Assembly (NCBI GenBank): GCA_017477845.1
Contig: JAFUTR010000017.1
Span: 64,447 to 128,446 of the forward strand
From: Bacilli bacterium
GTDB taxonomy: Bacteria > Bacillota_I > Bacilli_A > RF39 > UBA660
Length of the DNA stretch: 64,000 nt
Direction: 5' to 3'
A model generated the notes under the pieces. The model had not been told where the DNA came from and did no database searches. It saw only the letters and a program-made list of their open reading frames with translations. Made by a program: the position numbers and the translations under genes. This document shows positions 37,570 through 46,105 of the stretch, one piece after another (within the stretch, counting starts at the first letter, position 1; each line of letters begins with the position of its first letter).

Positions 37570-38668
37570 ATGGAACTTTATGAACTTAAAAAGAATATAA
37601 ATGATAGCTTTCAGAAAATAAGTAGCTTATGGAGGTTACTTTGACATTGAAAATAAAAAAAATGAAATAAATAAATTAGAAAATGAAATGCTTGATTCTA
37701 ATTTTTGGAATAATCAAGAAAATAGTTCTAGAGTTATTAATAAATTAAATAGTTTGAAATCAGTTGTTGGAGATATTTCTTCATTAAATAATGAAATAAA
37801 TGATTTATCAGTAATGGTTAGTGATGAAGTTGATTTAGATACGCAAAAACTTATTGAGGATGAGTATATAGAATTAAATGAGAAATTAAACAATTTAGAA
37901 CTTTTACTTTTATTAAATGGTAGTTATGATAGGAATGATTGCATACTTGAAATACATGCAGGTGCAGGTGGGACTGAAGCTTGTGATTGGGCAATGATGA
38001 TTTATAGAATGTATCAAAGATGGTGTGATAAAAAAGGATATAAATATGAGTTAGTTGATTTTCAAGAAGGTGATGAGACAGGAGTAAAGAGTGTGTCTTT
38101 GGTTGTTAAAGGATTATATTCTTATGGCTATTTAAAATGTGAAAAAGGAATTCATCGACTTGTTAGATTATCTCCGTTTGATGCTAATCATAAAAGGCAT
38201 ACTTCTTTTGCTTCTGTATTAGTGACCCCAATTTTAGAAGATGATATTAATATTGAAATAAGTCCGGATGATTTAAAAATAGATGTTTATAGGTCAAGTG
38301 GTAATGGTGGACAAGGTGTTAATACAACTGATTCAGCAGTTAGAATTACTCATATACCATCTAGAATAGTAGTTACATGTCAAAATGAAAGAAGTCAATT
38401 GCAAAATAAAGAACATGCGATGAAGATATTGAAAAATAAATTAAGATTAATAGAAATCGAAAAAAAAGAAAATGAATTAAATGAGATAAAAGGGGAACAA
38501 AAAAATATTGAATTTGGTTCTCAAATTAGAAGTTATGTAATGCATCCATATTCGATGGTTAAAGATCATAGAACAAAATGGGAAACAAGTGACGTTAATG
38601 CTGTTTTGAATGGAGAAATTGATAAGTTTATTGAAGCAAAGCTTAGGGAGGATGTAAATGAAGTATAA
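37570..38668 (+). CDS. prfB: Peptide chain release factor 2, requires a programmed +1 frameshift at 37642
   Basis: Frame 0 reads MELYELKKNINDSFQKISSLWRLL and ends at TGA 37642-37644. The +1 frame continues DIENKKNEINKLENEMLDSNFW into the track ORF 37688..38668. SPF and GGQ motifs are present. Confidence 0.92.
37631..37645 (+). promoter_or_regulatory. RF2 autoregulatory frameshift site (internal SD GGAGG, then CTT TGA C)
   Basis: GGAGG TTA CTT TGA C matches the classical prfB slippery context. Confidence 0.9.
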
Positions 38669-39497
38669 TAAAAAAATTGTTTCAAGGTATTTGTATTTTT
38701 TTCTTGGTCTATTTTCTTTTTCAGTTTCATTCACTTTTTTCTTATCACCAAATAATCTTGTATTTGGTGGAGTTTCTGGGCTATCTTTGGTTTTTAAAGA
38801 ATTATTTGGAATTAATACTTCACTTTTTGTTTTGCTATGTTCAATAGGAGTTTTAATAATAAGTTTTCCTCTTTTAGGAAAAGAAAAAACATATGGCTCA
38901 ATATTAGGTTCATTACTTCTTCCATTATTTTTGGAGTTAACTGAATTAATTTCTTATTATATTGCTTTTGAGACTAATGATTTGTTATTATCATCAATAT
39001 TTGGTGGAGTTCTTGGTGGAATTGGATTTGGACTTGTATATAAAGCAGGATTCACAACTGGTGGCACAGATATTATTAAACAAATATTAAATAAGTATTT
39101 AAAAATAAGTTTAGGTAAAGCTATGTTTATTGTTGAATCTATTATAGTAGTATCTGGAATATTCGTTTTTGGTATTACTAAGGCCTTATATGCTTTGGTT
39201 GTTCTATTTATTATGACAGAAATTACGGATAGAGTAATACTTGGAGTAAGTAGAAGTAAGGCTTTTTATATAGTTACTTCTGAAACTGATAAAGTTAAAA
39301 AATATATTATCAATTCTTTAGGACATAGTGTTACAATATTTGATGCTATAGGAGGCTTTTCTAAAGAAAATGAGAAAGTACTTTTTTGTGTAATTCCTAC
39401 AAGGGAGTATTATATTTTAAAGGAGGGAATTAATAATATTGATAAGGATGCATTTTTCGTTGTTTGTGACGCATATGAAGTGCATGGTGGGGAGTAA
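38658..39497 (+). CDS. YitT family membrane protein (with C-terminal DUF2179 domain)
   Basis: 279 aa. Five TM helices plus a soluble C-terminal domain (FYIVTSE...VTIFDAIGGFS...FVVCDAYEVHG). Confidence 0.75.
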   Translation: MKYNKKIVSRYLYFFLGLFSFSVSFTFFLSPNNLVFGGVSGLSLVFKELFGINTSLFVLLCSIGVLIISFPLLGKEKTYGSILGSLLLPLFLELTELISYYIAFETNDLLLSSIFGGVLGGIGFGLVYKAGFTTGGTDIIKQILNKYLKISLGKAMFIVESIIVVSGIFVFGITKALYALVVLFIMTEITDRVILGVSRSKAFYIVTSETDKVKKYIINSLGHSVTIFDAIGGFSKENEKVLFCVIPTREYYILKEGINNIDKDAFFVVCDAYEVHGGE

Positions 39498-40065
39498 GAT
39501 ATTTAGAAAATATCTTTTTCTTTTAGTTTTATTGTTTATTTCTGCATTAAATTTTAATATTATAATTAAACCAAATAAAATAGTAGCCGGTGGCATTAAT
39601 GGACTTGCTATTTTATTAAACTATTTATTTAATGTTGATTCAGCTTTAATTATATTATTATTACAGGTATTTTTTTTATTGTTATCTTATTTTTATCTCG
39701 ATAGAAATAAACTCTTAAGTAGTTTTATAACAGTTCTTATATATCCATTTTTTGTATTTTGTACTAAATTTATTTCATTTAACTTATCTATTAATATTTT
39801 AATTCTTTCAATTATAGGTGGTGTTATAAGTGGATTTGTAACAGGTCTTGTTTGTAAAATGGAATTAAGTGTTGGAGGGATTGTTGTTATTTCACAGATA
39901 CTAAATAAGAAATTTCACTTATCGATTGCAATTACTAATTTCTTAATAAATATTATAATTATTATCATAGGAGAATTATTATTTAATAATCATTTAATTA
40001 TTTCATCATTTCTTTTTCTTTTTTTTAATTATTTAATAATGAAAATATGTAATTACTGTTTTTAA
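39484..40065 (+). CDS. Truncated YitT-like membrane paralogue lacking DUF2179
   Basis: About 193 aa from ATG at 39484. NFNIIIKPNKIVAGGINGLAILL parallels FFLSPNNLVFGGVSGLSLVF of the upstream gene. It overlaps the upstream gene by 14 nt. Confidence 0.65.
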   Translation: MVGSKIFRKYLFLLVLLFISALNFNIIIKPNKIVAGGINGLAILLNYLFNVDSALIILLLQVFFLLLSYFYLDRNKLLSSFITVLIYPFFVFCTKFISFNLSINILILSIIGGVISGFVTGLVCKMELSVGGIVVISQILNKKFHLSIAITNFLINIIIIIIGELLFNNHLIISSFLFLFFNYLIMKICNYCF

Positions 40066-40112
40066 TATAATTTTTATAGTATAATTAGGTTGAAAAGATA
40101 TAGAGGTATTAT

Positions 40113-40685
40113 ATGTCTAAATTTATTGAAAATAATTTTGTAGCTGTTGTTATTTCTTTAGTAGTTATAATGTATATTATTTTTAAAATAACAGTGGGAC
40201 AAATTGAAATTGAAACTACTCATACATTTTTGAATCCAGTTTATAAATTATATATTAATGAAAAGGAAAAGGGGCTTACTATGGAAATGAAGGAGAGTAC
40301 TACAATCATTCCTTTTACTTTGAGTAGAATTAAAATAGAGTCATTATCAGTTGGAGAATATTTTTCATATATAAATCTTGATGATGGAATAAATATTAGC
40401 ATAAATAGTTATAATTGTTATACTTCAGTTGGTAGTAAAAATATTCAAACAAAATGTAATGGAAATGATACAAATATTTTAGAAATTGATGATGTCACAT
40501 TTGATAAAATGACTATTTATAATAGAGTTTTAAAAGGATATAATAAAAAATATATGATTTATGATGGAGATTTTATTAATGATTTAAGTAATATAATAAC
40601 AGAAAAAGGAAATTATTCTTTTGTAGTAAAATTACATCATGGTAAAATAGAATCAGTTCTTGAGTTCGCAATTATTGCAAAGTAG
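40113..40685 (+). CDS. N-terminally anchored protein of unknown function
   Basis: 190 aa. AGAGGT SD, one TM helix, and an extracytoplasmic beta-rich domain. No motif was recognised. Confidence 0.6.
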   Translation: MSKFIENNFVAVVISLVVIMYIIFKITVGQIEIETTHTFLNPVYKLYINEKEKGLTMEMKESTTIIPFTLSRIKIESLSVGEYFSYINLDDGINISINSYNCYTSVGSKNIQTKCNGNDTNILEIDDVTFDKMTIYNRVLKGYNKKYMIYDGDFINDLSNIITEKGNYSFVVKLHHGKIESVLEFAIIAK

Positions 40686-40693
40686 GTGTTATT

Positions 40694-41263
40694 ATGATAT
40701 GTCCTAAATGTAATTCTAAAATAAAAAAAGAGTCAAAGTATTGTCCAAGATGTGGAGAGTTATTTGAGTCAGGTGATGTCCTTAAGTATTCTGAAATATA
40801 TAATTCTAAATTTTTGGAGATTTATTATCCAAATAAAAGTGAAAGAATTAAAGTAAATGGAATTTCTCTATTATATATGTTTTTTACTTATTTTTATGCT
40901 ATATATCATAGAATGTATAAATGTGCTTTTTACTCTATAGTTGCTTTATTAATATTTTTTAAATTAATGCCTAATTTTGATGTGTATGCTTTCAAAAATT
41001 ATGGATTTACTTTTTATTTTTATTTCTTTATTTTAGCTTCAAGTTTTGTTATTTATTTTTATTATGTATTTAGTTTTGATAGATTACTACTTGAAAAAAG
41101 AAAAATGAAAATTAATTTTATTATTCGAAATAATCCAGATAAGACTTTTGATGAAATAAAAGAGTTAATTATTAATGATAGCAAAAATAATTATTATGGT
41201 GTATTAATAGCAATGATTATATCATTTTTAATAGTTCTTTCAATTTTTTATTTTAATATATAA
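40694..41263 (+). CDS. Zinc-ribbon domain membrane protein
   Basis: 189 aa. N-terminal CPKC..(x11)..CPRC zinc ribbon followed by 3-4 TM helices. Confidence 0.65.
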   Translation: MICPKCNSKIKKESKYCPRCGELFESGDVLKYSEIYNSKFLEIYYPNKSERIKVNGISLLYMFFTYFYAIYHRMYKCAFYSIVALLIFFKLMPNFDVYAFKNYGFTFYFYFFILASSFVIYFYYVFSFDRLLLEKRKMKINFIIRNNPDKTFDEIKELIINDSKNNYYGVLIAMIISFLIVLSIFYFNI

Positions 41264-41293
41264 CTAAAAAGGGAAGACTAATCTTCCTTTCAG

Positions 41294-41343
41294 GCCGTTT
41301 ATAAAGTAGGTTTTTCAAACCGGCTTTGTCAAACGGCTTTTTT
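41294..41343 (+). terminator. GC-cored hairpin plus T6 (terminator-like) after the zinc-ribbon gene
   Basis: GCCGTTT (41294-41300) pairs with AAACGGC (41331-41337) and is followed by TTTTTT. It interleaves with a second pairing, AAAGTAGG (41303-41310) with CCTACTTT (41344-41351). Confidence 0.35.
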
Positions 41344-41720
41344 CCTACTTTTGTATAAAAAAGAATAGTTTATTTTGGTTTAATCTTTAAAAAACTATTC
41401 AAATACGTTAATTTTCCCTCACTTTTAAAAGTTTAATTTTTATTTTTTAAAATAGATAGTTTGCCAGCAGTCTTGAAAGTTAATCATTTGACTAACTTCT
41501 TTTCTTATTATAACTTAATATATTGATGAATACATATATGAAATAACTAAGAAATTATATGAAAATGTGTCATTAATTTGGTTATATTACTTATATAAAA
41601 AGATTAGTGATAAAAATTATTCATATGATTATATAGATTCTATAAAAAAAGAATAACGTTTTTAAATATTAAAATAATATATGATTTTTTAAAGTAACAA
41701 ACCTACTTAAAGTAGTTTTT
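41303..41720. repeat. Four copies of an 8-11-nt core (AAAGTAGG / CCTACTTT) forming two hairpin modules around a 0.35-kb AT-rich non-coding spacer
   Basis: Copies at 41303-41313 (+), 41344-41351 (-), 41699-41709 (-, 10/11 match to the reverse complement of the first) and 41709-41720 (+). Confidence 0.5.
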
Positions 41721-41762
41721 GTTTTCTCCCCCCCTGAAGAGAGCAAAAACCTAGCTTTTTTT
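41715..41762 (+). terminator. 13-bp hairpin with a C7 loop followed by a T-run (terminator-like, orphan)
   Basis: GTTTTTGTTTTCT (41715-41727) pairs with AGAGAGCAAAAAC (41738-41750), including G-U pairs. The loop contains C7 (41728-41734). A T7 run at 41756-41762 follows a 5-nt spacer. Confidence 0.35.
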
Positions 41763-41821
41763 ATTGTTCATTTAATATATATGTTCATTGTGATATAATT
41801 AAAATAAAGTGAGGAATTTGA

Positions 41822-42434
41822 ATGAAAAATGATTGTGTAAACTGCAAGAGATATGTTTTTGAAGAATTTCAAAAAAAGGCTATTGTTGAAAGTATTAGAT
41901 TAGATAAGTATTTATATTTACTAAATAGATTACATAATTGTGATGTTAGTGCTGATAAAGATGGATTTCAAAAACCTTTAATTCTTTTTTTTATGTGAGG
42001 GGAAGAGGGACAAAGTGGTTAGATACTTTTTATACTTACTTTGAAGATAATAAAGATAGAAATATTACATTTGACGAGGTAATTGATTGTATGTATCAAA
42101 AAGTTAATAGAGTTGAAGCATCATTTTGTAGTAAAATGTTATCAATAATTAATCCAAATATGCCAGTTTTGGATCAATAAGTTTTAAATGATTATAATTA
42201 AAAATAGTAGGTAAGAAAGAAGAAAAACTTGAAAATGCAAAAAAAGTATATAAAAAAATAATAAATAAAGAAAGAATAATATTAAATAATAATGAAGATG
42301 AGATAAATAAGTTTAAATCAATTTTTTACGATTATAAATTGTCTGATACTAAGATTTTAGATTATATGATATTGATGAAAGGGAAAAATGATTCCATTTT
42401 GAAAAAAATATCTAAAAATAATAAAAAAAAGTGA
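41822..42434 (+). pseudogene. Decayed gene of unknown family broken into three reading frames
   Basis: Fragment 1 (41822-41998) ends just after a T8 tract (41985-41992). Adding one T would fuse it to fragment 2 (the 41995..42180 ORF). An in-frame TAA lies at 42178. A further 1-nt shift near 42198 leads to fragment 3 (to TGA at 42432-42434). The promoter TGTGATATAAT and the SD are still present. Confidence 0.7.
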
Positions 42435-42586
42435 GTATAATAATCTAATAATAAATGATTATTTGGTAGACTATTAATAAAAAGAATTTATTAAACAAGA
42501 TAAAATTGATCATTGGATTTTTGGCAAAGAACTAGATGATGATAACTACTATAAAGATGATAATTAAAAGAAAAGGAAGTGATACT

Positions 42587-43270
42587 TTGAATAAAAATGG
42601 AAAAGAGATTGGGGAAACAATATTTATAATAATTTATCTTTTATTCATTGTTATTTCTTCTTTTCTTCTTGCTTTTAAAAATAATTATTATATATTAATT
42701 ATGACTTTACTATTAGGTATTGGGGATTCTTTTCATTTAATACCAAGATTAATAAAAAATATTAAAGGTAATTTTATAAATAGTGAATTCTATCTTGGGC
42801 TAGGTACTCAAATTTCTTCTATTACAATGACTCTTTTTTATCTATTATTAATTTATTTTTTTGAAATATATTCAATAGATGGAAGCACTCCATATACCAG
42901 TGTTATTCCAATATTTAAAGATATGACAAATGCTTTATTTCAAGATTTTAGTATAGGAACAATAGTTGTATTATTAGTAATTATTAGAATAATTATTTGT
43001 TTATTACCTTATAATAATTGGTATAAAAAAGAAGGAAATAAAGAAATGTCTATTATTAGAAATATACCTTTCTTATTAATTGGCATAATAGCATTATATT
43101 TTGCTTTTCAAAATTCATTTACTTATTTAGGAATTCTTGTTTTTTTAAGCTTCTTATTTTATATGCCAGTTGCACTTTTTGCGAAAAGAAATAAGAAACT
43201 AGGGATTTTGATGATACCCAAGACTATTTGTTATATTATGTTAATTTTAAATTTAATAATTCATTTTTAA
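42587..43270 (+). CDS. Polytopic membrane protein of unknown function
   Basis: 6-7 TM helices. I prefer TTG at 42587 after AAAGGAAG. The track start ATG at 42536 has no SD. Confidence 0.6.
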   Translation: MNKNGKEIGETIFIIIYLLFIVISSFLLAFKNNYYILIMTLLLGIGDSFHLIPRLIKNIKGNFINSEFYLGLGTQISSITMTLFYLLLIYFFEIYSIDGSTPYTSVIPIFKDMTNALFQDFSIGTIVVLLVIIRIIICLLPYNNWYKKEGNKEMSIIRNIPFLLIGIIALYFAFQNSFTYLGILVFLSFLFYMPVALFAKRNKKLGILMIPKTICYIMLILNLIIHF

Positions 43271-43274
43271 TATT

Positions 43275-43297
43275 AAGGCTTAGCAAAGCCTTTTTTT
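43275..43297 (+). terminator. Intrinsic terminator
   Basis: AAGGCT-tagcaa-AGCCTT followed by T7. Confidence 0.65.
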
Positions 43298-43457
43298 ATA
43301 GATTAATTATCTATTTTATTGTAAAATTAATCTTGTAATAAATATGGATATATTAGATTATTTAGTAGAAGAATTGTTTACTTAATAATTACTTTCCCTT
43401 TCAATTAAAACAAAACTAATATATAATATGACTTAGAGAGTATGGTGAGTATTAAAT

Positions 43458-44627
43458 ATGAATAAGAAGGCATTTATAATTATTTTTTTGTTAATTATAT
43501 TTTCAGTTTTTTTAATTGTTCCAATTAAAGAAGTTTTGATACATACTGGTAAAATTGAATTTTATAGAAATGATAATTGGAAAACTGTAGAAAAGACAAA
43601 TGACCCTATTTACGATAAAATTATGAGTATTGAAGCTAATATAGAAAATAGATATAATAATTATTTCCCTTTTTATAATGAAATTAATTCTTTTTACTAT
43701 AATTCTATTATTAATATAGACTCAATGTATTTAAATGATATTTATCTTAAAGATAATAATGACAAAGATCATATTTTTTATGATAGGGATAATGATTTTT
43801 TCTATTTAATTAATAAATATTCAAAAGAAGAGTTAGATAAGAGATTAGAAGAGCAAGTAGAATTTTATAATGACATAAATAATAAGTATCCTTCAATTAA
43901 TCTTGCATTATATATTCCACTTAGATATGAATCTACTAGTTACAAAAACATTAATAACAATAATGATAAGATTAATGAATTTTTGAGTAAGCTTAATGAA
44001 AATATAAATGCAAAAGTATTTGATAGTGAAACAGTAGAAGATTATTTAAAATATTATTATAAAACAGATCACCATTATAATTCTTATGGTGCAGAAAAAG
44101 CATATTTAGACATTATGGAGATGTTTAATTTAGAAAATAATATTGATTTTGAACATGAAATAATTAAAACACCATATTTGGGATCAATGGCAAAATCTAC
44201 TTTACTAAGAAAAGTTTATGATGATTTAAGTGCAATGAAGGTTTCAAATGATATAAAAGTTTTAAATGTTGATGAAAATTTTAAACCACTTGAGTTAGAA
44301 GATAAGACTAATCCATTTTATGATTATTATGTTAAATATTTTAATGGTGCATATGGTGAGGTAATATATGAAAATGGTGTAGATTATAATAGAAATCTTT
44401 TGATAATTGGAGATTCAATGTCATGGCAAATAGATTATTTACTTGCCAAAAACTTTGACAAAACATTGGTTATAAATACAAAATATAGCCCATGGACCTT
44501 TAAAGACTTGTTACTTAAAGACTATATCGATACTTATAAAATAACTCATATTTTATTTTTAAGAGAAGCCAAAAACATTGTTTTTGATGCAGATAATTTT
44601 GCTGTAGATAAGAAGGTGATTCGATAA
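43458..44627 (+). CDS. DHHW-family (AlgX/AlgJ/DltD-like SGNH) extracytoplasmic acyltransferase partner protein
   Basis: 389 aa. N-terminal TM anchor. YYKTDHHYNSYGAEKAY matches the DHHW motif region, and IIGDSMS is SGNH-like. Paired with an MBOAT gene. Confidence 0.7.
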   Translation: MNKKAFIIIFLLIIFSVFLIVPIKEVLIHTGKIEFYRNDNWKTVEKTNDPIYDKIMSIEANIENRYNNYFPFYNEINSFYYNSIINIDSMYLNDIYLKDNNDKDHIFYDRDNDFFYLINKYSKEELDKRLEEQVEFYNDINNKYPSINLALYIPLRYESTSYKNINNNNDKINEFLSKLNENINAKVFDSETVEDYLKYYYKTDHHYNSYGAEKAYLDIMEMFNLENNIDFEHEIIKTPYLGSMAKSTLLRKVYDDLSAMKVSNDIKVLNVDENFKPLELEDKTNPFYDYYVKYFNGAYGEVIYENGVDYNRNLLIIGDSMSWQIDYLLAKNFDKTLVINTKYSPWTFKDLLLKDYIDTYKITHILFLREAKNIVFDADNFAVDKKVIR

Positions 44628-45985
44628 TGGTATTTTCTTCAATTATATTTTTATTCTTATTTTTGCCACTCTTTTTAGTTAGTTATTTTATTCCTAAAAA
44701 AATAAAAACAAAAAATATCATTTTATTAATTTTTTCACTTTTATTTTATGCATGGGGTGAACCATATTATATTCTTTTGATGATTTTAATGATTTTAATA
44801 AATTATTACTTAACAATCTTGATGGATAAGAAGAAAAGTAAAAGAATATTGATATTGTTGATAATTATTAACTTGCTATCATTGTTTTCTTTTAAATACT
44901 TAAATTTTTGTATAAATACAATTAATAGTTTATTTAGTTTATCTATAAGAACTGTTAATTTATCACTTCCTATAGGTATAAGCTTTTATACATTTCAAAT
45001 ATTATCTTATGTAATTGATGTTTATAGAAAAAAGGTAAAAGTTCAGAAGAATTTAATTAATTTGTCATGTTATGTAAGTGCCTTTCCACAGTTAATTGCA
45101 GGTCCTATTGTAAGATACTCTGATATTGAGAAAGAATTAGTAAATCGTGTTACTAAAATTGATGATTTTTATGTAGGTATTAAAAGATTTATTTTTGGAT
45201 TATCTAAAAAAGTTCTTATTGCTAATAATGTGTCATTTGTTTGTGATCAAATTTTTAATTTTGGAATTGTTGAAACAGGTTTTATTGGAGTTGTTATTGC
45301 AATAGTTGCTTACACTTTGCAAATATATTTTGATTTTTCTGGTTATTCAGATATGGCAATTGGTCTTGGGAGAATGTGTGGTTTCCATTACAATGAAAAC
45401 TTCGATAATCCATATATATCGAGAAGTGTAACTGAATTTTGGAGAAGATGGCATATTTCTTTATCATCATTTTTTAGAGATTATGTTTATATTCCATTAG
45501 GCGGTAATAGAGTAAATAAAGTTAAGTTTATTAGGAATGTTTTAATTGTATGGATGTTAACAGGTTTATGGCATGGAGATTCTTGGAATTTTGTATTGTG
45601 GGGGATATATTATGGAATAATATTATTAATTGAAAAATTCTTTTTCAAGGAGAAATCCAAAAGTAAGATTAATAATGTTATAACAATGATAATTGTTTGT
45701 ATTGGTTGGTTAATATTTAGAGAAACTAATTTTAATGAGTTATTAGTTTCCTTTAAAGCTTTGTTTTTTGTTTATGGTTTAGGTAATACTGAATCCCTTT
45801 ATTATTTAGGAATTTTTTCATTCCCTTATATTTTAGCTTTTATCTTTGGTATTCTAATATCATTTAATTTGATTAAGTTCAAAGATGGATTGTTTAAAGA
45901 TGTTATTTTACTAGCTCTATTTGTTTTATCAATTATAGCGATAACTGTTAGTAGCTATAATCCATTTATTTATTTTAGATTTTAA
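44627..45985 (+). CDS. MBOAT family O-acyltransferase (AlgI/DltB/PatA-like)
   Basis: 452 aa, polytopic. Conserved FWRRWHISLSSFFRDYVYIPLGGNR with the catalytic His. TAATG overlap with the upstream gene. Confidence 0.88.
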   Translation: MVFSSIIFLFLFLPLFLVSYFIPKKIKTKNIILLIFSLLFYAWGEPYYILLMILMILINYYLTILMDKKKSKRILILLIIINLLSLFSFKYLNFCINTINSLFSLSIRTVNLSLPIGISFYTFQILSYVIDVYRKKVKVQKNLINLSCYVSAFPQLIAGPIVRYSDIEKELVNRVTKIDDFYVGIKRFIFGLSKKVLIANNVSFVCDQIFNFGIVETGFIGVVIAIVAYTLQIYFDFSGYSDMAIGLGRMCGFHYNENFDNPYISRSVTEFWRRWHISLSSFFRDYVYIPLGGNRVNKVKFIRNVLIVWMLTGLWHGDSWNFVLWGIYYGIILLIEKFFFKEKSKSKINNVITMIIVCIGWLIFRETNFNELLVSFKALFFVYGLGNTESLYYLGIFSFPYILAFIFGILISFNLIKFKDGLFKDVILLALFVLSIIAITVSSYNPFIYFRF

Positions 45986-46105
45986 ATAATAGCTCTTTAT
46001 AGTAGCTTTTATTTATTTGTAATAAAAAAGTGTGAAATTTTCTATAATCGTAGTATTTTTAAAACTAATGTGTTATAATTAACGATGAGGATAGAGGTGA
46101 TTTTA

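Noticed and set aside
41728-41734. The C7 tract as a phase-variation switch for the downstream gene
   Set aside because: It lies upstream of the -35 region of a gene that is already a pseudogene, and there is no evidence of length heterogeneity from a single sequence. It is mentioned only within the hairpin finding.
41995-42180. 61-aa ORF as a stand-alone gene
   Set aside because: It is the middle fragment of the three-frame pseudogene 41822-42434. It has a GTG start with no SD and is contiguous in sense with the flanking fragments.
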